In this document: one piece after another, positions 30,017-38,037 of the stretch
Layout: the number at the start of each line of letters is the position of its first letter
Numbering within the stretch: the first letter of the stretch is position 1
Source: an uncultured Nitrososphaerota archaeon
GTDB lineage: Archaea > Thermoproteota > EX4484-205 > JAAOZO01
Reading direction: 5' to 3'
Length of the DNA stretch: 45,765 nucleotides
Assembly: GCA_964408285.1 (NCBI GenBank)
Contig: CAYOYV010000014.1
Location: forward strand, 1 to 45,765
The notes under the pieces: model-generated
What the model was told of the DNA's origin: nothing
Database searches by the model: none
What the model saw: only the letters and a program-made list of their open reading frames with translations
Made by a program: the position numbers and the translations under genes

Positions 30017-30144
30017 GCGGAGGTTGCCGAGCCTGGTCAAAGAAGCCATCGGAGTCTTTGAACGCGCAGAGAACGTCTGTTCGCGCAAGGCTTAGGACCC
30101 TGTCCCGAAGGGGTTCGTGGGTTCGAGTCCCACCCTCCGCACCA
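30017..30144 (+). tRNA. tRNA-Leu(UAG), CCA encoded, two introns (30043-30063 at about 23/24; 30070-30088 at 29/30)
   Basis: GCGGAGG/CCTCCGC acceptor; splicing restores D-stem GCC/GGC and perfect CAGGG-CTTAGGA-CCCTG; long variable arm; helices TCAA/TTGA and GCGC/GCGC. Confidence 0.93.
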
Positions 30145-30214
30145 CCTAAGCCTTGGGAACCGATTCTAGGTTCAGGAAGTTTCTTAGTGCAGGAATGACG
30201 GTCTCGAAACCCCA

Positions 30215-31753
30215 TTACTCCCATTCTATCGTGGCCGGCGGTTTGTTCGTGACATCATAGACGACCCTTGTCACCTGAGGGATTTCATTCGTTATTCTTG
30301 TTGATATTCTCTCCAGAATTCTGTAGGGCATGTTTGTGTATTTTGCCGTCATGGCCTCTAGACTTTCCACGGCTCTGATTGCAACTGTATAACCATAGGC
30401 CCTAGAATCTCCTTTGATACCTGTACTCTTAGTATCCGTAAGCACCGCGAAATATTGCCATAGTTTCCCTCGTAAGCCGCTTTTCTCTATCTCCCCAGTC
30501 ACTATTTCGTCCGCTTTCCTTACGACGTCTATTTTTTCTTGTGTCACAGAACCCATAACTCTGACGCTCAGACCCGGTCCAGGGAACGGCTGCCTCTGGA
30601 TCACTTCCTTCGGTATTCCCAATCGATCCGCAACCTTCCTCACCTCGTCTTTATAGAGATCGCTTAATGGTTCAAGTATGGCCTTGAATTTCACCTTGGT
30701 TGGCAGGCCACCAACGTTATGATGCGTCTTTATCTTCTCGGAATGCTTCCGGGCCCCAGATTCGATTCTATCCGGATAGATGGTCCCCTGTATGAGATAT
30801 TCGGCGCCTATATCTTCAGCAACTCCTTCGAACACCTTGATGAACTCCTTTCCTACGATCCTCCTTTTCTGCTCTGGATCAGAGATCCCCCTTAATCTCT
30901 TCAAGAACCTTTTTTTCGCATCCATTACGATTAATTTCACCTTCAGTTCTTGTAGCGTCGTGGGGATAGATTCCGGCTCTCCCGCCCTCATTAACCCGTG
31001 GTCAACGAATACTGCAGTTAGATTCGCTCCTATGGCTTTGGCAGCAAGAACCGCGGCGGTGCTTGAGTCGATGCCTCCACTCAAGGCTATTATGGCCTTC
31101 TTGCACCCTACGATTTGTCTTATTCTTCGTGATGCGTTGGTTAGGAAGTCCGTCGGCCTGTAGTTTGCCTTGCACTTGCACACGTAGAAGACAAAGTTGC
31201 GTAGTGTTTCCATTCCCCTTTCGGTGTGGATGACCTCTGGATGCCACTGAAGTCCATATATCGGTTTATCCCTGTGTTTGAAGGCAGCCACTGGGCAGTT
31301 CTCCGTATATGCGAGCACCTCGTATTCCTGAGGAATCTCAAGAACCACATCTCCGTGACTCATCCAGACTTTCTCGTGTTTCCTCATCCCCCTTAGGACG
31401 CCAATTGGTTTGGTTATGGTTGCCCGAGTCGTCCCGTATTCCTTCTTCTGCCCGACTCCCACCCTTCCTCCTGAGAGGAATGCGATCAGCTGATGACCAT
31501 AGCATAAGCCCATAATTGGCATACCAAGAGCGAGTACGTCAACCGAGCTTTTGGGAGCGCCGTCGTCATAGACTCTTGAGGGCCCTCCAGAGAGGATCGT
31601 TCCCTTTACCTTGAGTTTCCTTTTGGAAGAAACAGTCTGTTCACCGGCAAGGTCATAGGGGATTATTTCCGAATAGACTCCGAGTTGCCTTATCCTTCTC
31701 CCTATCAGGTGGCAGTACTGGCCCCCGAAATCCACAATCAAAATTCCGTCCAT
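30215..31753 (-). CDS. guaA: GMP synthase (glutamine-hydrolyzing), fused form
   Basis: DFGGQY, GLCYGHQ, QWHPEV, SGGIDS, QGTIYPD, KTHHN and KPPATIEWE. Confidence 0.96.
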   Translation of the reverse strand: MDGILIVDFGGQYCHLIGRRIRQLGVYSEIIPYDLAGEQTVSSKRKLKVKGTILSGGPSRVYDDGAPKSSVDVLALGMPIMGLCYGHQLIAFLSGGRVGVGQKKEYGTTRATITKPIGVLRGMRKHEKVWMSHGDVVLEIPQEYEVLAYTENCPVAAFKHRDKPIYGLQWHPEVIHTERGMETLRNFVFYVCKCKANYRPTDFLTNASRRIRQIVGCKKAIIALSGGIDSSTAAVLAAKAIGANLTAVFVDHGLMRAGEPESIPTTLQELKVKLIVMDAKKRFLKRLRGISDPEQKRRIVGKEFIKVFEGVAEDIGAEYLIQGTIYPDRIESGARKHSEKIKTHHNVGGLPTKVKFKAILEPLSDLYKDEVRKVADRLGIPKEVIQRQPFPGPGLSVRVMGSVTQEKIDVVRKADEIVTGEIEKSGLRGKLWQYFAVLTDTKSTGIKGDSRAYGYTVAIRAVESLEAMTAKYTNMPYRILERISTRITNEIPQVTRVVYDVTNKPPATIEWE

Positions 31754-31911
31754 TTTAGTTTGTGTTTCCCACGCTCTCTCGTTAAATAATTTTTGCTAGG
31801 GTCGCCACCCTTGAGGGCAGAGAGAACGCTTGGTTAAACATACGCACGCCTTAGTCGATTTAGATCATATGCCTTGTCACATAATTCCCTGTAGGCTGTT
31901 GGAAAGAAGGG

Positions 31912-32577
31912 TTATTTCCTCTTGACCCGATCCTTTACGAGAAGGAGAAGAGTTCCGGCCACCGAAGTCACTATTGGGATGCTGTCTCCGAATTCAGGAA
32001 CGTCTAGCGGTATGTGAAGCTCGAAAAACAGCAGTTGGGTACAATCGTCTATGTAGATCTCAACTGCTATCATTTGGCAACCAGTAGGCCAGAAATTCTC
32101 ATTCGCCTGTCCGACGAAAGTATCAACGGCCGTATGGTCCACAGTCACGCTCTTGCGCGACAGCTCTGCGTCTATTTTGGTCCAGCCCCACCCAAAGATT
32201 CTCCAGAGTGCCGCTTGTATAAAGTATTTCGTATGAGCTCCCTTGTTATTGATTACCCAATTGGCCTTTCTCCAGGTTGGGTTGTCGATTATGTACAGCC
32301 TAGCCGAATAGGGTTGGTTCAGCCTGACAGTGTGGTCGAGATCGATGCACCAGGCCAGATACCCAACGCCGTTTTGCAGAACGTAGCCAGCAGGGACATT
32401 CGCAAAAGTTGCGTCCACATAGCTGTTGTGCCACCAGTTGCTCAAAGTCACCGTAACCTGCGTGGAAGGAACTAGAGGGCCGTTAGCGAAGGCCCTTAGA
32501 GACGAAGCTGGAATCAGTAATAACATCATTCCGACAACAACGTAAAAAAGGGTGGCTCTGCTCCTCACTAGCTTCAT
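31912..32577 (-). CDS. secreted thioester-domain-like surface protein with PEF-CTERM sorting signal
   Basis: Signal peptide; AWCID, IQAALW and late TQLL motifs; C-terminal VPEF, hydrophobic helix and basic tail. Confidence 0.65.
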   Translation of the reverse strand: MKLVRSRATLFYVVVGMMLLLIPASSLRAFANGPLVPSTQVTVTLSNWWHNSYVDATFANVPAGYVLQNGVGYLAWCIDLDHTVRLNQPYSARLYIIDNPTWRKANWVINNKGAHTKYFIQAALWRIFGWGWTKIDAELSRKSVTVDHTAVDTFVGQANENFWPTGCQMIAVEIYIDDCTQLLFFELHIPLDVPEFGDSIPIVTSVAGTLLLLVKDRVKRK

Positions 32578-33727
32578 CTTTACGCCCCCCAATCTGCACC
32601 CCAATATTATATCAAATTTGTGAATCAACGATTCATGACAAGATTACCAGTCTATGTGCTCCCATGAACTCCCTGTCAGATCAGCAACGTATTTTACAAG
32701 CCCCCGCATTCAGTTCTATCAGCATTAATTCGTTGCACATAAGTCGCGAAGGACGCAAGCTTCTAAGCCGTTCCAAAGTTGCCCGCGGCCACGCCCTACA
32801 GAGGTAAGCAAACGGCCCCTCACAACTGCCCCAAAAACAGCGCTGAGAAACCACAGAACGCTTCAGCAATCCGGCATAGAAACGGAGGTCCATTCGGCCG
32901 CCCTTCCACCAGCGCTCTACGTCAACCAACGGGCACGAAGCCGAAGATGCCAAATTCGATTGCGTCCGCTACACCCCAGATAGGCGAGACCATGACTACC
33001 CAGATATCTTCTGGGATGGAGAGTATTGCCATTCTGATGAATCCAGAATCAAATCCGCGGCCTCTGGTTTAAGCTCCTAGCAAGCAATTGCCTTGGCTAA
33101 GTACATGTTTCTGGAAACAAGGATCAGCACCATTCAGTCCTTCACACGCGCAAGACTGTTCCGCAGAAATCGGTCTGGTGTTTTAAGAATCTATGTGAAG
33201 TGCCGGTTCTGATAGGAAGGTAAGAATGCCGAATCGACGCCATGACAGTTTTTCCCGAGATGTCGGCCATGTGATCGAGACTCTGGACCAATCATAGAGC
33301 AAAGCTCCGCCCTTCTCTATTCAATATTGAGTCGGGTAGTGGGCCAAGCTTATGGGGATCCCTAGAAGGTCTTGGACCCAGCAAGCCGAGGACATGTCTG
33401 TCCTCGGTTCCTTTGATTCAGATTCGTCGCGAGATGCAGTAGATATTTGCGTCACCAATATGTTTTCCACGAAGCGCCCAAAGCTAGGCTGTTACTTGAG
33501 GCTAGTACCAAGTTATGTTGCTTGCTCCCCTCGGGCCGCATTCGAAGAGTTACCTTCTCGACTCCTCCCAGAGTCAACTGCAGCACATGAAAGTACTTGA
33601 AGGAACGTTCTGGTGGCTTGTGTGTCTCCAGTTATGGGGCAGCCTCTGATGAGAAACCCCAATTTGGAACAGGCGCATGCCGCGTCGCAGAACGTTTTTA
33701 TCCGACGTTAAAACGGTGTTATACCAA

Positions 33728-34075
33728 ATGGCCATAGATCCCCAGAAACTGAACGAAAAAGAGCTTGCCATCTACAACGAACTCAAAGAGGTCGCAGATC
33801 CAGAACTCGGAGCCTCCATAATAGATATGGGGCTCGTCGACGAGATATCCGTTGAAGGAACCGAGGCAAGAATCACATACCATCTGACCGTCCCAATGTG
33901 CCCCCCGGTAATGGCACTATACATCGGCAATGAGATAAAGAAGAAGCTCCTAAGGGTTCAGGGCGTTGAAAGGGCATCCGTGAGGGTCACCAACCACTAC
34001 TACGAAAAGGAAATCAACCAAATGTTGGCGCAGGAGCTGAAGCCAGAATCCGGTGAGACGCAGGCACCCAAGTGA
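33728..34075 (+). CDS. DUF59 (SufT/PaaD/MIP18-like) metal-sulfur cluster assembly factor
   Basis: L.EV.DPELG.SI.DMGLV and LT.P.CP motifs. Confidence 0.88.
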   Translation: MAIDPQKLNEKELAIYNELKEVADPELGASIIDMGLVDEISVEGTEARITYHLTVPMCPPVMALYIGNEIKKKLLRVQGVERASVRVTNHYYEKEINQMLAQELKPESGETQAPK

Positions 34076-34110
34076 AGGACAATAGGGCTCACAAGGAATC
34101 TGCTCTATGC

Positions 34111-35067
34111 CTACTTGCCCTGAATATTTTTCTCGTAGTAGGCTGCAAGAAGTAGCGGGAAGATCACGGTTGCGTCCCCTATTATGTTCGAGATGGATGC
34201 GCCTGGTTTCACCTTGCCCCAAGATATAGCCTCGCTTATCCTTGCACCAGTCAACGAGCCGTCAAATTCCGTGCCAGTTGTTATTGCAACGACGTAGTCC
34301 AATCCCTCCTTGAATTGATTCCACCATAGAACATGGTGCTTGCTTATTCCTCCTCCTAAGATAATCGCGCCAGTTCTTTTCCTCTCGAATATTTTATCTG
34401 ACATGAGCTTCATGTCCTTCAAAACGTCGAGATGTAATTTTCCCTTCTGGTATCCATACATTAATGCCGTGCCGAAGGCCGAGTCCACGATCCCTGGGGA
34501 GATGACAGGTACGCCTTTGAGATAGGCTACGCGCAGGATTGAATTCTCGTCGTCTAGCCGCCTGCCTGCCTCTGCAAGCAATTCAGAAGGAGAGAACGAT
34601 TTCCCGTTTCCTAACTCATCTACCATTTTCCTGACGAATTTCTCTATAATCGGACCGTAGGAAACCAGAGGAACCACAATGTTCCCAAGTCGATGTAGGT
34701 CTCTCTCACGAAGCCGGGCATCATCATCGAAGAAGGTGCCCAAGTGGTACTTCCCTCCCAACGCACGAGCAATATCATGATCCGCAGTCCCGCCGGTCGT
34801 TATAACTACGTTCACCAGATTATTTCTTATTGCCTCGGCTATGACCCCCCTGAGCCCAGTTGCGACCAAGTTCGCGGTGAACGATAGAAACTTAGTACAA
34901 CGCTGATCTCCCTCCATTCCAATCAATATATCCAACCCCTTCGAAACTTCTCTCGCTTGGAACCCTCCTCCCCGCCCGAGTTTGTCAATCAGATCACTGA
35001 AGGACGAGAGGTTGGCTGAGTAATCCTTCACCTCATCCCTGTTGCGCTTGTGCCGTTCCTTATTCAT
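34111..35067 (-). CDS. dys: deoxyhypusine synthase
   Basis: GGFQA, SFTANLVATGLRG, TTGG..DHD, RLGN, GGGISKHH and DGSLTGA...EAISWGK (catalytic Lys). Confidence 0.95.
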   Translation of the reverse strand: MNKERHKRNRDEVKDYSANLSSFSDLIDKLGRGGGFQAREVSKGLDILIGMEGDQRCTKFLSFTANLVATGLRGVIAEAIRNNLVNVVITTGGTADHDIARALGGKYHLGTFFDDDARLRERDLHRLGNIVVPLVSYGPIIEKFVRKMVDELGNGKSFSPSELLAEAGRRLDDENSILRVAYLKGVPVISPGIVDSAFGTALMYGYQKGKLHLDVLKDMKLMSDKIFERKRTGAIILGGGISKHHVLWWNQFKEGLDYVVAITTGTEFDGSLTGARISEAISWGKVKPGASISNIIGDATVIFPLLLAAYYEKNIQGK

Positions 35068-35068
35068 C

Positions 35069-35830
35069 TCAGCCCAGCATTTTCAAGGCGAAATCTAAAC
35101 TTACCTCCAAATCGTCTAGGCTCAGGTTCTCTACAACTAGTGGCCTCGCCGGATCTGTTCTCACTATTTCGGAAAAGAAACGCCCCCAGTCTATGTTGCC
35201 TTTCCCAAGGGGCAGATGGTCATCCTTGACGCCTAGGTTGTCGTGAATGTGAAAGTAGCAGAACGATCTGTTTACTCTCATGAATTCCTCAAGGCAGCTT
35301 TCCATGTTCGCATGACCAACATCCAAGGCGAAGTTTGGCTTGAGCAGAAGCTTCTGAAACTGTTTCATCTCCTCCGGCTTATAGAAGGCCGTTCTCCTCG
35401 ATAGGTTCTCCAGAAGCGGGACCATCCCCAGATTGGTGGCAAAGTCAAACAGCTCGTTGAGTATTCCCGCTATCTCTTCTGGCATGATTTCGTCGTTCCT
35501 ATATCCTGGATGTATCACGGCGAACTTCGCCTCGTATCTATTCGCCAATTCAATTGACCTCTTGACGAGTTTTATGCACGCGATCCTATGGATAAGATCG
35601 CTGGAGAAGATGTCTTTCCTAAGAAAGGGAACATGAACCGCGAACACAGTCTGGTGATCTCTCTTTATAGCATGTAGTTTTAGCGCGTCGTCCTCATTGA
35701 TGGCCAGATCCTCATCGTCGATGATTTCCCAAAGCAGATTGCTCCTGCGAATTATCTGCTCGAACAGTCTAGGCGATTTTCCATCCCTCCAGGCATAGAG
35801 GGTCGAGGCGCCCAGAAGGGGCTTGCCCAT
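35069..35830 (-). CDS. metal-dependent TIM-barrel protein (xylose isomerase-like / AP endonuclease 2 family)
   Basis: VHVP, IHPG, LEN, DVGH, HIHDN and DHLPLGKG..W motifs; ATG 35830 lies 2 nt after the aIF5A stop. Confidence 0.85.
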   Translation of the reverse strand: MGKPLLGASTLYAWRDGKSPRLFEQIIRRSNLLWEIIDDEDLAINEDDALKLHAIKRDHQTVFAVHVPFLRKDIFSSDLIHRIACIKLVKRSIELANRYEAKFAVIHPGYRNDEIMPEEIAGILNELFDFATNLGMVPLLENLSRRTAFYKPEEMKQFQKLLLKPNFALDVGHANMESCLEEFMRVNRSFCYFHIHDNLGVKDDHLPLGKGNIDWGRFFSEIVRTDPARPLVVENLSLDDLEVSLDFALKMLG

Positions 35831-35832
35831 TG

Positions 35833-36250
35833 CTATTCGCTTTTCAGTCTCATTATCTTGTTTTTGCTGCCTACTCGCCAATATTCCACTGTCACGCCTG
35901 GCCTGACCGTCGAAGCGAGAGGTTCTTCCTTGAGCTTTGGTAATTCGAAAGTTTCGTAGGTTTCCATGTCCATCAATTGAAGTGTGTCCTGCGTGTCCGA
36001 GAGAACTTGCCCAATTCGTTTATCGAGCATTGGCACTTCGACTTTCTCGTCCACGGGGCTCAACAACGTGTGTTTTGCTCGATCAAATAGGCCCATGCCA
36101 ACTACTCTGGCTTTTGCCGAGCCATGTCTAGGCGCGCCTGAGCGCTTTACCCGGTTTCGAGTGTGCAACCTCAACAACCTGGCACGGCTCACCATCGATA
36201 GTCAGCCAAGAGCCCTCCTTTATTGACCCGAGCTCCACAACCCTGCTCAT
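35833..36250 (-). CDS. eif5a: translation factor aIF5A, split by a 19-nt intron (exon 1 36250-36147, exon 2 36127-35833; 132 aa after splicing)
   Basis: Exon 1 MSRVVELGSIKEGSWLTIDGEPCQVVEVAHSKPG(K) and exon 2 HGSAKARVVGMGLFD... are in different frames; removing 36128-36146 restores SKPGKHGSAK. Confidence 0.92.
36128..36146 (-). other. predicted BHB/BHL-type mRNA intron AGCGCTCAGGCGCGCCTAG
   Basis: Exon GGGT pairs with intron GCCT; cut sites AA|A and AG|A; inner hairpin GCGC-TCAG-GCGC; contains an in-frame TAG. Confidence 0.85.
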
Positions 36251-36283
36251 TTTACTTCGCCGGGTCGCTTGATGAACTACATA

Positions 36284-36297
36284 TCAATAAGCTTTTT
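36284..36297 (-). promoter_or_regulatory. BRE-TATA of the aIF5A / TIM-barrel / dys operon
   Basis: Minus strand AAAAAGCTTATTGA about 35 nt upstream of ATG 36250. Confidence 0.5.
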
Positions 36298-36670
36298 GTA
36301 TTGTGTTCGTCTTGTTGGCCATCCGGACACGATTTTCAAGATCCAACGGACAGACAATTGGTACGATGTCCGGTATTTTCGGAGAGCGAACTCCAGCGTT
36401 CCCAACGTTTGAGATCTCGAAGATTGATCTTGATAGTTCTTTCTGGCTTAAGTCCCAACTTATGGGTCCGAAATGGCAAATCGGGCAAACTTGCATCGGC
36501 CTCAAGGTTGGTGCTTCGACCTCGCACCTTAAGAATGGGCAGTTGTATCCTTCTGTTTCTGGTCCCCTGCATAATTCGAATATTGGGCAGTTCTTGCATG
36601 GCCTATCGCATGCGTTAACCTTAGACCATTTCGCAGTGAGGATGGACCTCATGCAGACGCCTCGTTTCAA
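36284..36670 (-). CDS. cysteine-rich hypothetical protein, possibly truncated
   Basis: CDRPCKNCP...C...C...C...CPIC cluster; only plausible ORF in the gap; its stop overlaps the aIF5A promoter. Confidence 0.4.
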   Translation of the reverse strand: MKRGVCMRSILTAKWSKVNACDRPCKNCPIFELCRGPETEGYNCPFLRCEVEAPTLRPMQVCPICHFGPISWDLSQKELSRSIFEISNVGNAGVRSPKIPDIVPIVCPLDLENRVRMANKTNTIQKAY

Positions 36671-36718
36671 TACACACGAAAGGATTTAATTAAAGCCTCA
36701 CACCCTTTTCGTTACCCA

Positions 36719-37522
36719 ATGGTCCATTATAAAAAAATATGCGTTGTCACTAGGGACCGAGCAACCGCGAGCAAAATGCGTCGGATGGACTTAGAAAGGT
36801 CCTTCAAGGGATCTCTGGTAAGTTATCACGTTTTTGAGCATGGTAAGAAGCCCCCTGAGTTTCCATGCGATCTGTTGATCGCGGCTGGAGGAGACGGCAC
36901 GCTTTTCTACGGTTTGATGGGTCTCCGCACCTCATCACATGTTCTTCATGTTAATCTGGGAAGAAGGGGTTTCTTGGCCGAACTGGAATTAAGAAATCTC
37001 AAGCGAAGAGTTCAGGACATACTTGCTGGCAAGTTCCTTTTGGAGAGGATCAGCAAGATATCGGCTTCAATTGGCAGAGACTTAGTCGGAGAGGCCGTCA
37101 ACGAGGTCGTCTTCACAGCCGAAACTTTCAAGGGAGTACTGGAGGTAGGTATTGAGATAGGCGGATTTGGATCCGTTAATATGTTGGGGAGTGGCGTTCT
37201 GATCGCTAGCCCATTGGGTTCAACGGCGTTCTCGATGAGTGCCGGGGGACCGGCCTTAGATAATCGAGTAAAGGCCTTTGTGATTACGCCAGTCCTCGCA
37301 AAGCGGCCTTGGATACCCATAGTCGTATCCGATGATAGAATCATTGGGATAAGGAAAACGGGGGGGAAGGAGCGAGCATCGTTGATATTAGATGGATTGG
37401 TTGAACGCGAATTGGCTGAAGGAGCTCAGGTGACCGTTAGGAAGAGTAACAATTTCGCCAATCTCATTCGCTTTGGTTCCTCTTATCTTATCAGAAGGGT
37501 TGAAAGGGCATTGAAAGAGTGA
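36719..37522 (+). CDS. NAD(+) kinase family protein
   Basis: GGDGT, NLGRRGFL, NE and SP.GSTAFSMSAGGP motifs. Confidence 0.85.
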   Translation: MVHYKKICVVTRDRATASKMRRMDLERSFKGSLVSYHVFEHGKKPPEFPCDLLIAAGGDGTLFYGLMGLRTSSHVLHVNLGRRGFLAELELRNLKRRVQDILAGKFLLERISKISASIGRDLVGEAVNEVVFTAETFKGVLEVGIEIGGFGSVNMLGSGVLIASPLGSTAFSMSAGGPALDNRVKAFVITPVLAKRPWIPIVVSDDRIIGIRKTGGKERASLILDGLVERELAEGAQVTVRKSNNFANLIRFGSSYLIRRVERALKE

Positions 37523-38037
37523 GCCCGCTGATGGGCGTCTACGTTTTGGACACCAACGCGCTTCTCAGGGGACTTACACTGGGCTTTGCCGGGGAGGCCT
37601 ATACGACCCCTTCCGTGGCGAGGGAACTGAAGAATCGAGTGGCTAGAACGAGATTAGGTGCCTACGTCTTGTCACGGAGGCTTCACATAATACGGCCCCC
37701 TAAGAGAGCAGTGTCAAAGGCACTCGGTCAAGCCAAAGAGATAGGAGAAGGACGCGTGCTCTCCAGAACGGATCTTGAGGTGGCGGCATTGGCTTTGGCC
37801 CTCCAATCCAAGAGGAGAGAGCCGATAGTGTTGACAGACGATTACTCTTTGCAGAACCTACTGAGCAAGATGAAGATCGGTTTCATGAGAGTAGGCTTGA
37901 GGGGCATAAAAAGAAGGTTCGAGTATGTTCTCGTTTGCAGGGCCTGTAAGAGAATCTACAAATCAGAGCGAATGAATTGCCCCGTCTGCGGGGCAGTCCT
38001 TTTGCGGAAGGCGATAAGGAAGGAGGCGCTAAGCTGA
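37519..38037 (+). CDS. nob1: NOB1 family PIN endonuclease with zinc ribbon
   Basis: VLDTNA, LSRTD, TDDYSLQN and C..C...CP.CG. Confidence 0.88.
   Translation: MSPLMGVYVLDTNALLRGLTLGFAGEAYTTPSVARELKNRVARTRLGAYVLSRRLHIIRPPKRAVSKALGQAKEIGEGRVLSRTDLEVAALALALQSKRREPIVLTDDYSLQNLLSKMKIGFMRVGLRGIKRRFEYVLVCRACKRIYKSERMNCPVCGAVLLRKAIRKEALS

Noticed and set aside
35833-36195. Listed 120-aa ORF as the true aIF5A, or a simple frameshift pseudogene
   Set aside because: Its N-terminus is out of frame and lacks the hypusine Lys. The real N-terminus starts at 36250, and a clean 19-nt structured insert explains the shift better than a 1-nt error.
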